A DNA stretch of 63,786 nt, the filler included, from Octopus bimaculoides (lineage: Eukaryota), in NCBI RefSeq assembly GCF_001194135.2. It is 5 parts of 5 records of this genome, joined end to end, with 100 filler letters (N's around TTAATTAATTAA, not from the genome) between each part and the next. Parts side by side here need not be neighbours in the genome. Positions count along the whole stretch, not along the records: positions 1 to 28,463 come from NC_068984.1; 4 more parts are not named here. One strand, given 5' to 3'. The notes under the pieces are model-generated. The model worked only from the letters and a program-made list of their open reading frames with translations, was not told the origin of the DNA and made no database searches. Positions 14,832 through 28,177 of this stretch are shown piece by piece; position 1 is the first letter of the stretch, and the number at the start of each line of letters is the position of its first letter. Position numbers and translations under genes: made by a program.

Positions 14832-14995
14832 AGGCGCAGGCGTGGCTGTGTGGTAAGAAGCTTGCTTCCCAACCACTTGGCTCTGGGTTCTCTCCCACTG
14901 CGTGGCGCGATAAGCAAGTATCTCCTAATATAGGGCCAAACAAAGACTTGTTAGTGGATTTGGTAGACGGAAACTGAAAGAGGCCCGTCGTGTAC
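14832..14995 (+). mobile_element. SINE family A copy
   Basis: Aligns to the 26717 copy and ends in an (AT)n tail. Confidence 0.85.
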
Positions 14996-14996
14996 A

Positions 14997-15041
<45 letters not shown>

Positions 15042-15059
15042 GCATATATAGGTACAGGA

Positions 15060-15900
15060 CGTCACCTAACAGTAAACATTAAATACGAAAGCAAATGAGA
15101 TCGATACGCAAACAACGAGAGAAATAAATGGAAAACAGGGCAAGTAACATAAAAAACGACCCTTCATCAGTTGTTGGCTGTCTACCTACTCCGCATTTCG
15201 AGCATTCGACGACAATATGAGTCTTCGAAGACAGTTGCTCCCATATGAGCCAAAATAAAATTTGGGACTTATGGAGAGTCAAAGTTGGGAACAAAAACAG
15301 GACAGTGGAGATAAACAAGGAAAGCGAACGAAAACAAAATGGAGGGTCGTTAGACCTGAACGAGGGTAAAAATAGCGAACGCTGGAGAAACATTCTCTTC
15401 GAGAGGAGAGCAGATATGAGAGAGATAGGATAGTGCTGTCCTTATGACAGTCGTGAAAGAAAAGAAAGATGATCACGTGAGGAAGAGACAGATGGACGAT
15501 GATCACGTGTGAGCTACGAGAGAGAGAAACGAAGAAAGAAGGAGTGAGAAAGAAAAAGAGAGAAAACGGTGAAAGGGAGGAAAAAGGGAATTAGAGAAAG
15601 GATGAGAGAGAAAATAGTATAGGATAGAGTCGCATCAAAAAGATAAAGATAACTTACTTGGAACTGGATGAGTGGTGCTCAATCAAATAATAATATAAAT
15701 ATATATATATATATAGTGAGAATTTACAAAAAAAAACAAAAGTCGAAGACGGGTGTGTAAACAACAAACAGATGTATTAGTTTAACGCTCGGGAAGTGAG
15801 TAAGTCTTTTACGTTTCGAACCTACGCTCTTCGACAGAAGGGAACACAGAAATAAACAGGGAGAGGAAATGGTATAGTTGCTAGCGATCTATCATGGCAA
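15060..15900 (-). mobile_element. Penelope-related non-autonomous repeats with a variant hammerhead-like motif at 15805-15840
   Basis: Minus strand reads CTGTCGA-A-GAGC gtag GTTC-GAAAC-GTA. Related copies at about 29190-29390 and 45850-45960. Confidence 0.5.
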
Positions 15901-17678
15901 ATATATATATATCTATACATATATGCATGTACATATACATATANNNNNNNNNNNNNNNNNNNNNNNNNNNNNNNNNNNNNNNNNNNNNNNNNNNNNNNNN
16001 NNNNNNNNNNNNNNNNNNNNNNNNNNNNNNNNNNNNNNNNNNNNNNNNNNNNNNNNNNNNNNNNNNNNNNNNNNNNNNNNNNNNNNNNNNNNNNNNNNNN
16101 NNNNNNNNNNNNNNNNNNNNNNNNNNNNNNNNNNNNNNNNNNNNNNNNNNNNNNNNNNNNNNNNNNNNNNNNNNNNNNNNNNNNNNNNNNNNNNNNNNNN
16201 NNNNNNNNNNNNNNNNNNNNNNNNNNNNNNNNNNNNNNNNNNNNNNNNNNNNNNNNNNNNNNNNNNNNNNNNNNNNNNNNNNNNNNNNNNNNNNNNNNNN
16301 NNNNNNNNNNNNNNNNNNNNNNNNNNNNNNNNNNNNNNNNNNNNNNNNNNNNNNNNNNNNNNNNNNNNNNNNNNNNNNNNNNNNNNNNNNNNNNNNNNNN
16401 NNNNNNNNNNNNNNNNNNNNNNNNNNNNNNNNNNNNNNNNNNNNNNNNNNNNNNNNNNNNNNNNNNNNNNNNNNNNNNNNNNNNNNNNNNNNNNNNNNNN
16501 NNNNNNNNNNNNNNNNNNNNNNNNNNNNNNNNNNNNNNNNNNNNNNNNNNNNNNNNNNNNNNNNNNNNNNNNNNNNNNNNNNNNNNNNNNNNNNNNNNNN
16601 NNNNNNNNNNNNNNNNNNNNNNNNNNNNNNNNNNNNNNNNNNNNNNNNNNNNNNNNNNNNNNNNNNNNNNNNNNNNNNNNNNNNNNNNNNNNNNNNNNNN
16701 NNNNNNNNNNNNNNNNNNNNNNNNNNNNNNNNNNNNNNNNNNNNNNNNNNNNNNNNNNNNNNNNNNNNNNNNNNNNNNNNNNNNNNNNNNNNNNNNNNNN
16801 NNNNNNNNNNNNNNNNNNNNNNNNNNNNNNNNNNNNNNNNNNNNNNNNNNNNNNNNNNNNNNNNNNNNNNNNNNNNNNNNNNNNNNNNNNNNNNNNNNNN
16901 NNNNNNNNNNNNNNNNATATATATATATATATTATTTGATCGAACACTACGCATCCAGTTCCAAATAAGTTCATCTTTATCTTTTTGATGCGACTCTACC
17001 TTATACTGTTTTCTCTCTCATCCTTTCTCTAATTCCCTTTTTTTACTCCCCATCACCGTTTTCTCTCTCACTCTTTCTCCGTTTCTCTCTCTCGTTACTC
17101 ACCTATACCAATTAATGGCTAGTGATATGATACCACTTGGTGAGAAGTCACTATGCTCCACTGGGTCTGGCTCGCGCATCATTATGGCTCTTGTAGATTC
17201 ATACGTACTCACACACATATTCTCACAGTCCAACGTATATTCCTATATGTATACGTACGTACACACACAGTCACATAGTCCTGAGTATATATATATATAT
17301 ATATATATATNNNNNNNNNNNNNNNNNNNNNNNNNNNNNNNNNNNNNNNNNNNNNNNNNNNNNATATATATACGTATGTATGTATACATAGGCACGTTAA
17401 CAAACGTCTATATACACATCTTGTTGGGTTTAGACGTTCACACACACACTTAAACACATTTCTGTACATAGATACTTCTACATCTATATGTGTATAAGAA
17501 TAGGCACATAGATTTAAACAATTGTGCGTGAATATATATATATACTTATGGTTGTATGTATGTATGTAAGTATGTATTTCCTGTTCCTGATTGGAAGTTT
17601 CAATGTATTTTGACAAGGTACCATTCGGTAGTAGTGTGTGTGAGAGAAGGAGAGAGAGAGAGAGTGAGAGTGAGAGTG

Positions 17679-17751
<73 letters not shown>

Positions 17752-18288
17752 AGATCTTATATGTTTGTCTGCAGCTGCGGAAATTTCAAAATTTTTTGAA
17801 AATTTTAAGATTTCGTGTACTAATGTAGTTTTTCAAGTTGAATCTCAGGAGATATTTCACTTTTTCCAGACTTTTTTTTTTTAATTATAGTGCTTTAAGG
17901 TTTGATAGCTTTTACTTTCAGGAAAGCAGGATTTGGAAGCTGTCATTTTGTGCATGGCGTGTTTTAATATGAAACTCTAAATAAATCAACTTCTGTGTTA
18001 CGCATGACATGTAACCCCTCATAACTTTTTTATTCCTTGGAATTTTTAGAAATTTTTTGGCGTATTTGTATTCTACACGCGGGAATTTATACAATTATGG
18101 GGGGGAAATGGTGGGGGTGCATGATTCAAGGCCTATTTGGCTGTTGTTTTTAGAAAATCTCTCGACCAGGATACAAGCAGCAGATGAGTACAGGCAGCAG
18201 AACACAGCGTCGATGCACATGCTTTCGCATAGAATATGTTAATCAGCACGTGCTATATCACAGACAAAAGCGTTCTCGTGTTTGGCTT

Positions 18289-18302
18289 GTTACTATGGAA
18301 AC
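18289..18302. promoter_or_regulatory. RFX X-box GTTACTATGGAAAC
   Basis: Matches the GTTNCCATGGNAAC-type consensus; a CACGTG E-box lies about 40 nt upstream. Confidence 0.4.
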
Positions 18303-18550
18303 AGGCATGAATGTGTTTGTTGCTTACGATTGGCTAAAATTATTCAAAATTTCCAAACTTTTAAAGCTAATGACTTTTTATTTATTGATTTGTGGCAAGA
18401 ATGAATATCATAGCATTGATTAGCATATAAAACTACATCATTACACTGAATATGAAATCAATTCGAACAGAAATTGAAGAGATTGAAAATTGGCAGCCAA
18501 ACAGAAAGATCCATGTAGATGCTACGCAGCCTTTATCAACAGTAAGCTTT

Positions 18551-18597
<47 letters not shown>

Positions 18598-18952
18598 ATC
18601 AGCTGACTCATTGGAAACGATGCCACAGCTTTTATTCTTTGAGGATCCAGGCGTATTAATGAGTATCCTGTTGTTCCACCAATAATTTATACAACTATGA
18701 ATTTATGTACATAGGCGAAGTGAAGCGCTATTTGAGAGACTGGCTCCGTCAACTTGTCTTTGATCTGTGTACTCACTCCCAAGAAGTTCTTAAGCCCACA
18801 AACAGTCACTAGTCACCATTTGTACGCTGCTGCTGCTTTCACACACTATGCCTGATCTGACTCCCCAAAATATAAGAAAAAACGTTGTATCTTTAATCTG
18901 GGAAGTTCTGCACTGAAAATTATGAATATAAAATCAAGTTCATATGTTCCTT

Positions 18953-19185
18953 ATTTCTTTACTGCCCACAAGGGGCTACACACAGAGGGGACAAACAAGG
19001 ACAGACAAACGGATTAAGTCGTTTATATCGACCCCAGTACGTAACTGGTACTTATTTAATCGACCCTGAAAGGATGAAAGGCAAAGTCGACCACAGCGGA
19101 ATTTGAACTCAGAACTTAGCGGCAGACGAAATACCGCTAAGCATTTCGCCCGGTGTGCTAACGTTTCTGCCAGCTCACCGCTTCA
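18953..19185 (-). mobile_element. SINE family B copy
   Basis: Reverse complement of the 60652 copy, including the 3' tail. Confidence 0.85.
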
Positions 19186-19279
19186 AGTTCATATGTTTCA
19201 GCCTAGCTGAGCAGAATCATAATTGTAATTTCATTTTACTTCTTTTCCTTCATTTAGTATATTTTATATGTCATGTGTG

Positions 19280-19660
19280 GAGGCGCAATGGCCCAGTGGT
19301 TAGGGCAGCGGACTCGCAGTCATAGGATCGCGGTTTCGATTCCCAGACCGTGCATTGTGAGTGTTTATTGAGCGAAAACACCTAAAAGCTCCACGAGGCT
19401 CCGGCAGGGGATGGTGGCGAACCCTGCTGTACTCTTTCACTACAACTTTCTCTCAGTCTTACTTCCTGTTTCTGTTGTGCCTGTAATTCAAAGGGCCAGC
19501 CTTGTCACACTGTGTCACGCTGAATATCCCCGAGAACTACGTTAAGGGTACACGTGTCTGTGGAGTGCTCAGCAACTGGCACGTTAATTTCACGAGCAGG
19601 TTGTTCCGTTGATCGGATCAACTGGAACCCTCGACGTCGTAAGCGACGGAGTGCCAACAA
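19280..19660 (+). mobile_element. tRNA-derived SINE family C (full length)
   Basis: A-box TGGCCCAGTGGTTAG, B-box GGTTTCGATTCC. The 3' part recurs inverted at 35335-35510. Confidence 0.8.
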
Positions 19661-20081
19661 ATGTGTCATGTATTTGTAAGAAGGTAACGCTGATGATCGC
19701 CATTCAGCATAAAATGGATTCATCGTTCCACAAGAGGACGCCGTGAAATGATTGTTGGTGTTTTGACACCAATTGTCTAAAGCGAGAAGTTTCTCCATGC
19801 AATTTGCAGTGGAAACGGCTTTTTTACAGGTCAATATATCTCAAATATACTCGAACTTAAGCGTATGTATGTGTGTATGTATGTATGCACGCTTTTATAT
19901 TTACGAATATACGCATTTATGAATTTATGTGTGTATCTATGTGTGAAGGAAATGCTATATAATATGGTAATATGCAATGTGAAATCTAAAGACTACCCAA
20001 GTCTTCAAATGACTCTTAAGACTGAGTGATTAGCTCTCTTTTTATGACGTTAAGTAAGTGTAGATAGAGCATAATCTTTGA

Positions 20082-20560
20082 CAGGCATGGACAACCTTTT
20101 TCGAGAAGCGAGCCTCATGAAATACGGTTTATCAGGTGGCTCGCACATCTAGAAAAATTTAAGGCAATTTTACGTTGTCATGCTATTCAGAAACTTCTGC
20201 GGTTTGCCCCTGACTGGTCTATGACATGTAGTATTTCTGGATGTTCTGGTCATTAGCTCTTGGTCACATGTGTACTGGTAAAAGTAAACAACGAAACACT
20301 TGAAGTGGACTCGAGATATTAACTAAATTCACCCAAAGATACAACCACTCGGTAATGTTGCTTGCAGAACGCATGTACATTCTAATGTTAGTAATTTTCT
20401 GACTTCGTCTCGCCATTGTAATTTGCAAAATGGCAACTGTAAAGAGACATATATGTCTGAAAATTGATTTGATCTGAGACCGTGCGTTGAAACTAAAGCA
20501 ATTACAGCGTGGAAAACACATTAGCCATTCAAAAACATAGAATATAAAAAAACAAACACG
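20082..20560 (+). mobile_element. Possible hAT remnant
   Basis: TIR-like CAGGCATGGACAAC and a weak VKRH...RALKLKQL peptide. No second TIR found. Confidence 0.28.
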
Positions 20561-20849
20561 TTTCACTTCACTTAAACATTTATTATTTCGTGTCGAACTT
20601 TTCGTCGCACTAACTCCGATCTGTTCGCTGACATAGTTTCATTAAAACTGCGGTTGAATGGCTGTCATCACGCTGTAACTGCTTGCAACCATGAAGAGTT
20701 TTTTAATAAACATTCAAGATTTTCGGTCTTTGTGTTTGTTTTGTTTGGTTTCTTTACAAAACAAATTTTGCTGTAACTTTAGAGGGTTCTTATGCCAATA
20801 ATAAAAACACACGTTGATTCTATTTTATCTCATTTATTATTATTATTAT

Positions 20850-21075
20850 TATTATCGTTATTATTATCATTATTATTATTATTCAGTAGTTTTATTTTTA
20901 TAGCGTGCTTTCACTTCACTACCGAGCGCAGCTCTGTCTGCCTTGGGTATGTGCTGTGGTTTTCTGTGATGCTCTTATGGTTACTGTATTGAAAGTGTTT
21001 TGCGTAGGATGTGTGCAGTGCCCAGTAGTGCAATTTTCTATATGTTATATATATTTGTAAGTCCTGGTGTTTTTG
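20850..21075 (-). mobile_element. R4/Dong-like 3' end embedded in TAA repeats
   Basis: KIALLGTAHILRKTLSIQ* plus 3'UTR and (TAA)n. The same terminus recurs at about 62445-62483. Confidence 0.75.
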
Positions 21076-21131
21076 TTATGTATTTGTCTGAATATTATTA
21101 TTACTATCATTATTATTATTATTATTATTAT

Positions 21132-21207
<76 letters not shown>

Positions 21208-23389
21208 CGCTCAATCAATCAACTTGGTTAATCAGAGTCTTTTCCTCAGTAGTGACATGGCTTCTCTACAGCTGGTCAGCTCCAGCTTGGTCTGTTTCTG
21301 GCTTGTTCACATATTCTTTATTTATATTTATGGGGATGTGAGTGAAAATGCCTGAAAGAGGGAGAAGAAGAGTGTGTGTGTGTGTGTCTGTGGCTGTGTG
21401 AGTGAGTGTGTGTGTATGAGAGTGTGCGTTTGTGTGTGTCTTTGCACGCGCGTGTGCGTATGCACTCTTATGCATGATAGAAAATGTGTAGGTGTATAGG
21501 GGTGTGGGAATACCCGCGCGTGTCTGTGTGTATGTACGGTGTGGCCTCTGCGACAGGTGTGACGGGTTAAACGTTTATCTAATTATTTATTTTACGATTA
21601 GTGTTTTTCTCTTTGTGAATGGTCTAATTAAGCGCGCGGGGGATTGTGTGTGTGTGCATCTGTGTCGGGGCACTCAAGTCCTGTGTGTTTATTTTGCTGC
21701 AGATGAAATTACAATTATGAGACTCTCTTCAACTCAAGAGAATAAATAATAAGGAATTTATGTATTCCTTTGAGATATCGATAAAGAAATTATTTGAATA
21801 AAAGTTATTAATTTGAAAGATGGACACGCAGTCCGTTCACAAAGACAAAGAAACTTACCATAAAATAAATACATACATAAACGTTTAACCACTAACACCT
21901 CTCGCAGAAACCACACCGTATACATACACGATCGCAGACACATTCTCTCTCATACAGAATCCACATCATACCACAAAGATATACACACGCACACAAGCAC
22001 TTACATATATATGTATATATATANNNNNNNNNNNNNNNNNNNNNNNNNNNNNNNNNNNNNNNNNNNNNNNNNNNNNNNNNNNNNNNNNNNNNNNNNNNNN
22101 NNNNNNNNNNNNNNNNNNNNNNNNNNNNNNNNNNNNNNNNNNNNNNNNNNNNNNNNNNNNNNNNNNNNNNNNNNATATATATATATATATATATATATAA
22201 TTTTGGCACAAGGCAGGTAGGTATGAGGGGAAAGGAAGGTCGATTACATGGGCTCTATTTCTCAAGTTGTGCTTATTTTATCAACTCCGAAAGGATGAAA
22301 GACGAAGTCGCCCTCGGTGGCCTTGAACTGAGCCCGTAAAGAGACGGAATAAATACCGCTAAGCATTTTGTTCGACGCGGGAATGATCCTGCTAGCTTGC
22401 CGCCTTCATAGTTCCGACTACGGCTTGAATTTGCAGAGTGTGTGCTACCAGGTTACTTTCCTTGGGTGACACCTCAACTCTTCGAGAGTAACATAACCAA
22501 AGATTCATTAACACTAACTATTCGGTAAACTAGCTTTGTTATTCACCCACTTAACGCTAAATCCCATTCGAAAACGCTGATCTTTGCGAATAAAAATTCA
22601 TTTGAAGACACCAATGTTCCAAAATACTTTATCACTCTCCTTGAAAATTTCTGTAAGGGAAATTATTTCCAATGAACACATACCATAAAAAGAAGCTGAA
22701 AGAAGACATGATACCGCTTTGTCCATGTATATTTGGATGCTAAAGGACCCAAACACCACTGACATTTTTTAACACAGGGATGAACTCATAGATAAACACT
22801 CAGTACTTTTCGATCAAATTTCATTTGTTCCGTTTGTTTCACAGAAATGTTGTCCCTTTTATTACATGCATTGTATACTTTGAACGAATGTCCAAATTCA
22901 TTAATTCTTCCACGAACAGCTTTTTCCCAACGTTCTTGCTGGATATTATTATATTACTTATTCGTAATATAATATTCTTATATTATATGTAGCAGAAAAT
23001 ATTTCGTTTTACACACCTATTCTTTTTTTTAATATTTTTACACAGCCACAATACACTCACACCCATAGATATACAAGATAATATTTTCTTCACGACTATT
23101 TTGTTACGAGTCCTCTCAGAGGTGCTATCTTGTATTTTACATTTTGTATATGTATGTACACTCACACACACCCACCATACACACACGCACAAATATGTAT
23201 ATATATGTATATATATGCATGTGTGCATGATATGTGTATGTTCAATAATTTTTTTCTTTGATACGACTATAATTCATATTGTTTTTATCCAAATACAGTA
23301 CAACACATATTTCCAGCGAATGCTATATATAATATTTTTATGTATTTTTTGATATTTTACATCAAACTGATGCTCCTATATTCTTTTCT

Positions 23390-23862
23390 ACTCTAGGCAC
23401 AAGGCCCTAAATTTTGGAGGTGGGGGGCCAGTCCATTAGATCGACCCAAGTACGCAACTGCTATGTAATTTATCGACACCGAAAGGATGAAAAGCAAAGT
23501 CGACCTCGGCAGAGTTTGAACTCAGAACGTAACGGCAGACGAAATACCGTTAAGCATTTCGTCCGGCGTACTAACGATTCTGCCAGCTCGCCGCCCTGCT
23601 GATGCTCCTATCTTATACATGTATAATAATTTTTGTTTAAAGATTTGTGATACGTAGTTAATTTTGTACATAATATATATGTACACATAAGGCGGCGAGC
23701 TAGCAGAATCGTTAGCGCGCCGGGCGAAATGCTTAGCGATATTTCGTCTGTCTTTACGCTCTGAGTTCAAATTCCGTCGAGATCGACTTTACCTTTCATC
23801 CTTTCGGGGTCGATAAATTAAGTACCAGTTGCGTACTTGGGTCGATCTAATCGACTGGCCCC
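23390..23862. mobile_element. Head-to-head inverted pair of SINE family B copies
   Basis: 23390-23597 (-) and 23690-23862 (+). Confidence 0.85.
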
Positions 23863-24168
23863 NNNNNNNNNNNNNNNNNNNNNNNNNNNNNNNNNNNNNN
23901 NNNNNNNNNNNNNNNNNNNNNNNNNNNNNNNNNNNNNNNNNNNNNNNNNNNNNNNNNNNNNNNNNNNNNNNNNNNNNNNNNNNNNNNNNNNNNNNNNNNN
24001 NNNNNNNNNNNNNNNNNNNNNNNNNNNNNNNNNNNNNNNNNNNNNNNNNNNNNNNNNNNNNNNNNNNNNNNNNNNNNNNNNNNNNNNNNNNNNNNNNNNN
24101 NNNNNNNNNNNNNNNNNNNNNNNNNNNNNNNNNNNNNNNNNNNNNNNNNNNNNNNNNNNNNNNNNNNN

Positions 24169-24210
<42 letters not shown>

Positions 24211-25684
24211 TTACGAAAATGTTACTCCCAGTTCTACGCTATAAATCTTTGAATGATTATTGAAAAATTAGACAAAATATTATGAATGGACACGGGAGAT
24301 TTTTTCTTTATTTGACCGCCTCACACTTTATTTTACAGCTTGTAACAGAATACTTTTCTTAGAAAAATAGTAAAATTCCCTTTTGGGAATCACATTCTAA
24401 GAGTAAAGTATACAAAAATATATAATAACAAAAATGGCAATATTGATAATAATAATAACTACCTCAAATAAAAAAGACATTCATAAAATGACACAAAAAA
24501 TTACACGTGCGTGTGTGTATATATATTTTCATACATACATTTATCTATTTAAGAAAAATTCCTTGTATTGAGTTTAGTGATTGAAGCTGAAAATTAATGA
24601 TGCCCTGATCTGTTTAAAGAGGATCTCACTTTCTTACTTTCTTTTTAGTTTTTATATAAGTTATAGATTTTTCGAATATTATTTATTGAATTCCAGAGTT
24701 ATTTGATAATCGTTGAAATGTGAAAATATCTGCAAATCCAATTTCACTATGAATTCGTGTTGGCAATCACATTTCTAATACAGTTTAGTCTTGTGAAATA
24801 AGCAGGTACCGGGAGAAAATGTTTACGTTAATTTACCTGAAGTCAACAGAAATTTTGTGCAAGAGAATGCGTTGAGAAGATGATTGTGACATGTATGATA
24901 ATTTTTTTTTCTTTAGAAATTCCGTTTTCTTTTGAAAGACATTCAAATCTCTTATACAATTTAATGCTAGATATGATATACATTTCCATATTCGACTTTT
25001 ATGTTATCAGTTAAAACACTCACAGAACGTTAACCTAACCAAGTTACAATTTTAAGTTATCCATATATAACAGAAAAATTTGATACAATGTTAGATGACA
25101 TTTTCTTAAGAGAGAAAAAGAAAAAATATCACAGAAAAAAAATAGTATCACCACAAAAAGGCAAAAAGACATTGTAAATTTTACAAAAATCATGCAATTA
25201 TTTGAAAAGTTAATATAATATCCATGCATTTTTTATGTATTTCATATTTTTAGACCAATTTATTTTTCAATAGTTGAAAATTGGAATGAAAGAAATTTAT
25301 GAAGTACGAAAGCAATGTCTAATATTCGGTGAAAATAATTTCCAATTAGATATTGAAATATTTTCAAATTTAATACGTTTCGTAAAAACCCTGATAACGT
25401 CATCATCCCTTTGTAATTATTATTCGAACCCCACCACAAAATGAATAAAAAAATAATAATGAAAATATGAATAATCTGTATAAAAAGCCTTTAGAAATAC
25501 TCTTAACGTAATGAAGTGTTGGGTTGTTTTTAAAGAAATCAGTGGAGTGAATTATTGGGGGACCGATTTGTTATTTAGCTTCATTATACGACGGATCATT
25601 ACGGATGTTAAATTATTCAATTCAGCTGTTTGACGAAGCATTTTCATTTACCATTCATGATTTTAAAACAAACACATTAACGTG

Positions 25685-25752
<68 letters not shown>

Positions 25753-26716
25753 TATATATAGATACACCTACATATACAACTATATGTAGGTATGTATTTG
25801 TCTTTCTACCTATCTATCTATCTATGCATATATATATATATATATATATACATACATACATACCCAAACACTTTGAAATGTTTAAATTGGAGCTTCTGTA
25901 TAGCATGTCGTTTCCAAATTTCTGGCAGAGTGAATTGCGTCATGGTCCGATTTTTCTCACAGACGGTGCCCAGCTGACCCTACTATACTGTGTAGTCGAC
26001 AAAATCAAAAAACAAAGAATGCGCGAAATTAAAAATTTAAAATGGCGACAATTTACCCATCGCACCCTGTATATATTCAGAATTGATCAATTGAGAGAAA
26101 TTGAACGAGGCCTCCAGTACACTACCATTACATGACGCTGAATTGTTGTTTTTACCTCTGTGTGAAATCAATGTTATGGTACCTATTCCGTCCTAGCGTC
26201 CTATACGTTGATGTACCTAGATTCTAATGAATTTTAATACTAACCTCTGTGTGTATGTCTATGTGTTTGCGCGCGCGTATATGTTTGTAGGTATATTTGT
26301 TTTATACATACATGTATGCATCTGAATATATGTGGTTATATGTATTTTAAACAGAAATATTTCTTAAGGATAGAATGCATATACGTCGAATTGAGTAACA
26401 TATAGTTGTACCTAAAAGAAATAATAATCCTTCCTACTATAGGCACAGGGCCTGAAATTTGGGGGGAAGTGGGTAGTCGATTACATCGACCCCAGTGCTG
26501 AACTGGTACTCATTTTATCGAACCCGAAAGGATGAAAAGCAAAGTCGACCTCGGCGGAATTTTAACTGAGAATGTAACGACGGGCAAAATACGCTAAGCA
26601 TTTTCTCCAGCGTGCTAACGACTCTGCCAGCTCACCGCCTCCCAAAAAGAAATAATAATAATAAAAAGCACGAGTATGAAATATATACTAATTATGTAAA
26701 TCAATTTGAATTCATC

Positions 26717-26888
26717 AGGCGCAGGAGTGGCTGTGTGGTAAGTAGCTTGCTTACCAATCACATGGTTCCGGGTTCAGTCCCACTGTGTGACACCTTGGGC
26801 AAGTGTCTTCTACTATAGCCTCGGTCCGACCAAAGCCTTGTGAGTGGATTTGGTAGACGGAAACTGAAAGAAGCCCGTCGTTTATATG

Positions 26889-26919
<31 letters not shown>

Positions 26920-27112
26920 CTGTGTTTGTCCCCTCAACATCGCTTAACAACCGATGCTGGTGTGTTCACGTCCCCGTAACTTACCGGTTCGGCAAAAAGA
27001 GACTGATAGAATAAGTACTAGGCTTACAAAGAATAAGTCCTAGGGTTGATTTGCTCGACTAAAGGCGGTGCTCCAGCATGGCCGCAGTCAAATGACTGAA
27101 ACAAGTAAAAAA
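26717..27112 (+). mobile_element. tRNA-derived SINE family A with CORE-like segment (near full length)
   Basis: A-box TGGCTGTGTGGTAAG, B-box-like GGTTCAGTCC, then ACCTTGGGCAAGTGTC. Other copies at about 5665, 14832, 39840(-), 41580, 44185-44600(-), 47035, 47238, 57835-58190(-). Confidence 0.85.
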
Positions 27113-28177
27113 AAAGTCTTTAACAAGGTTTTCTTAATTTTTTCTTCATGACCAAAAACATTTTTTTAAAATTTTTGTTGTGCCTTTTGCTTTGTTTTTA
27201 AGAAAGTATGCAAGAGTTAATGAATCTGTTCTGTAACTCAGTATCTATATTCTTTGTTATAACTGACTGAATAACTTTAAATCATAAGATGGCAGGAACA
27301 ACATTCTGCGGTTGTTGCACATTTTGCGAGTGTCATAATTGCTAACATAAAAGTCAGATATTGCACAGTATATCATTTCCAGTACTTAGTTGTCAAAGAA
27401 GACATTCGATTTTCTCTATAAAGAAGAAAACATCCAAATTGCTCAAAGAACTTATCACGTTTGTTATAACCATCTTTCTAGTCGCCAAGTCACTCCCTCA
27501 CAATTTTTTTAGTTGTTGTCAGGTAATTTAACGAAATATTATTCTCAGTCACCTTCCTATTACACAAGGATAAATCGAAGAAGAAATATGACTATTCATA
27601 TATCATTCTGTAACTACCAACACGAATTCTAAGTGAAATTAGATTTACAAATATGAAAGACTATCAATGAGCAACGGAATTCAATTACTCAACGTTATAA
27701 GAAGAAAAAGAAAAGAAAAAAATCAAGTAAGAAAATGAGACACATTTTAGCGTGTTTTAAATAAATTATATAAGTTTCAAAGTAACATAGATCAGTTGTC
27801 GTCAACATATTTAATGCACTGAAACGTAAAACATTTACTAGAAATAAATAAACAGTTGTAGGGAAAATAGTATTATCAATGAGTAAAACCATTTTCTTTG
27901 TCCTTGCAAATAGGGGGAAAGCTCTTTACATTCTGATTTTTAGTCCCCACTTAAATCAATGGTCTGGAGCCAATAAAATAATTAACATTCAAGTATTGCC
28001 TTCGAATTACTCGAGTTCTACTTCGCCCAAACTTTGAGTCCTTACCTCTGATAGAAATAATTTTAAATTCCCCAGTGAAGAACAACCCCTTCCAGGTTAC
28101 GTGTCAAATTCTAGATTTATTTTCGAACAAAAATTGAAATTATTTAGAAATTAAATAATTCAGGTTTTATATATATC

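Noticed and set aside
15165-15215. CTGATGAAGG preceded by CTCGAAA on the minus strand as a type II hammerhead
   Set aside because: Stems I-III do not pair convincingly.
19280-19350. tRNA gene
   Set aside because: A and B boxes are present but continue into a SINE body, and no full cloverleaf forms.
22590-22960. Several splice-like sites and 45-56 codon open frames on both strands
   Set aside because: No phase-consistent chain could be built and no peptide was recognisable.
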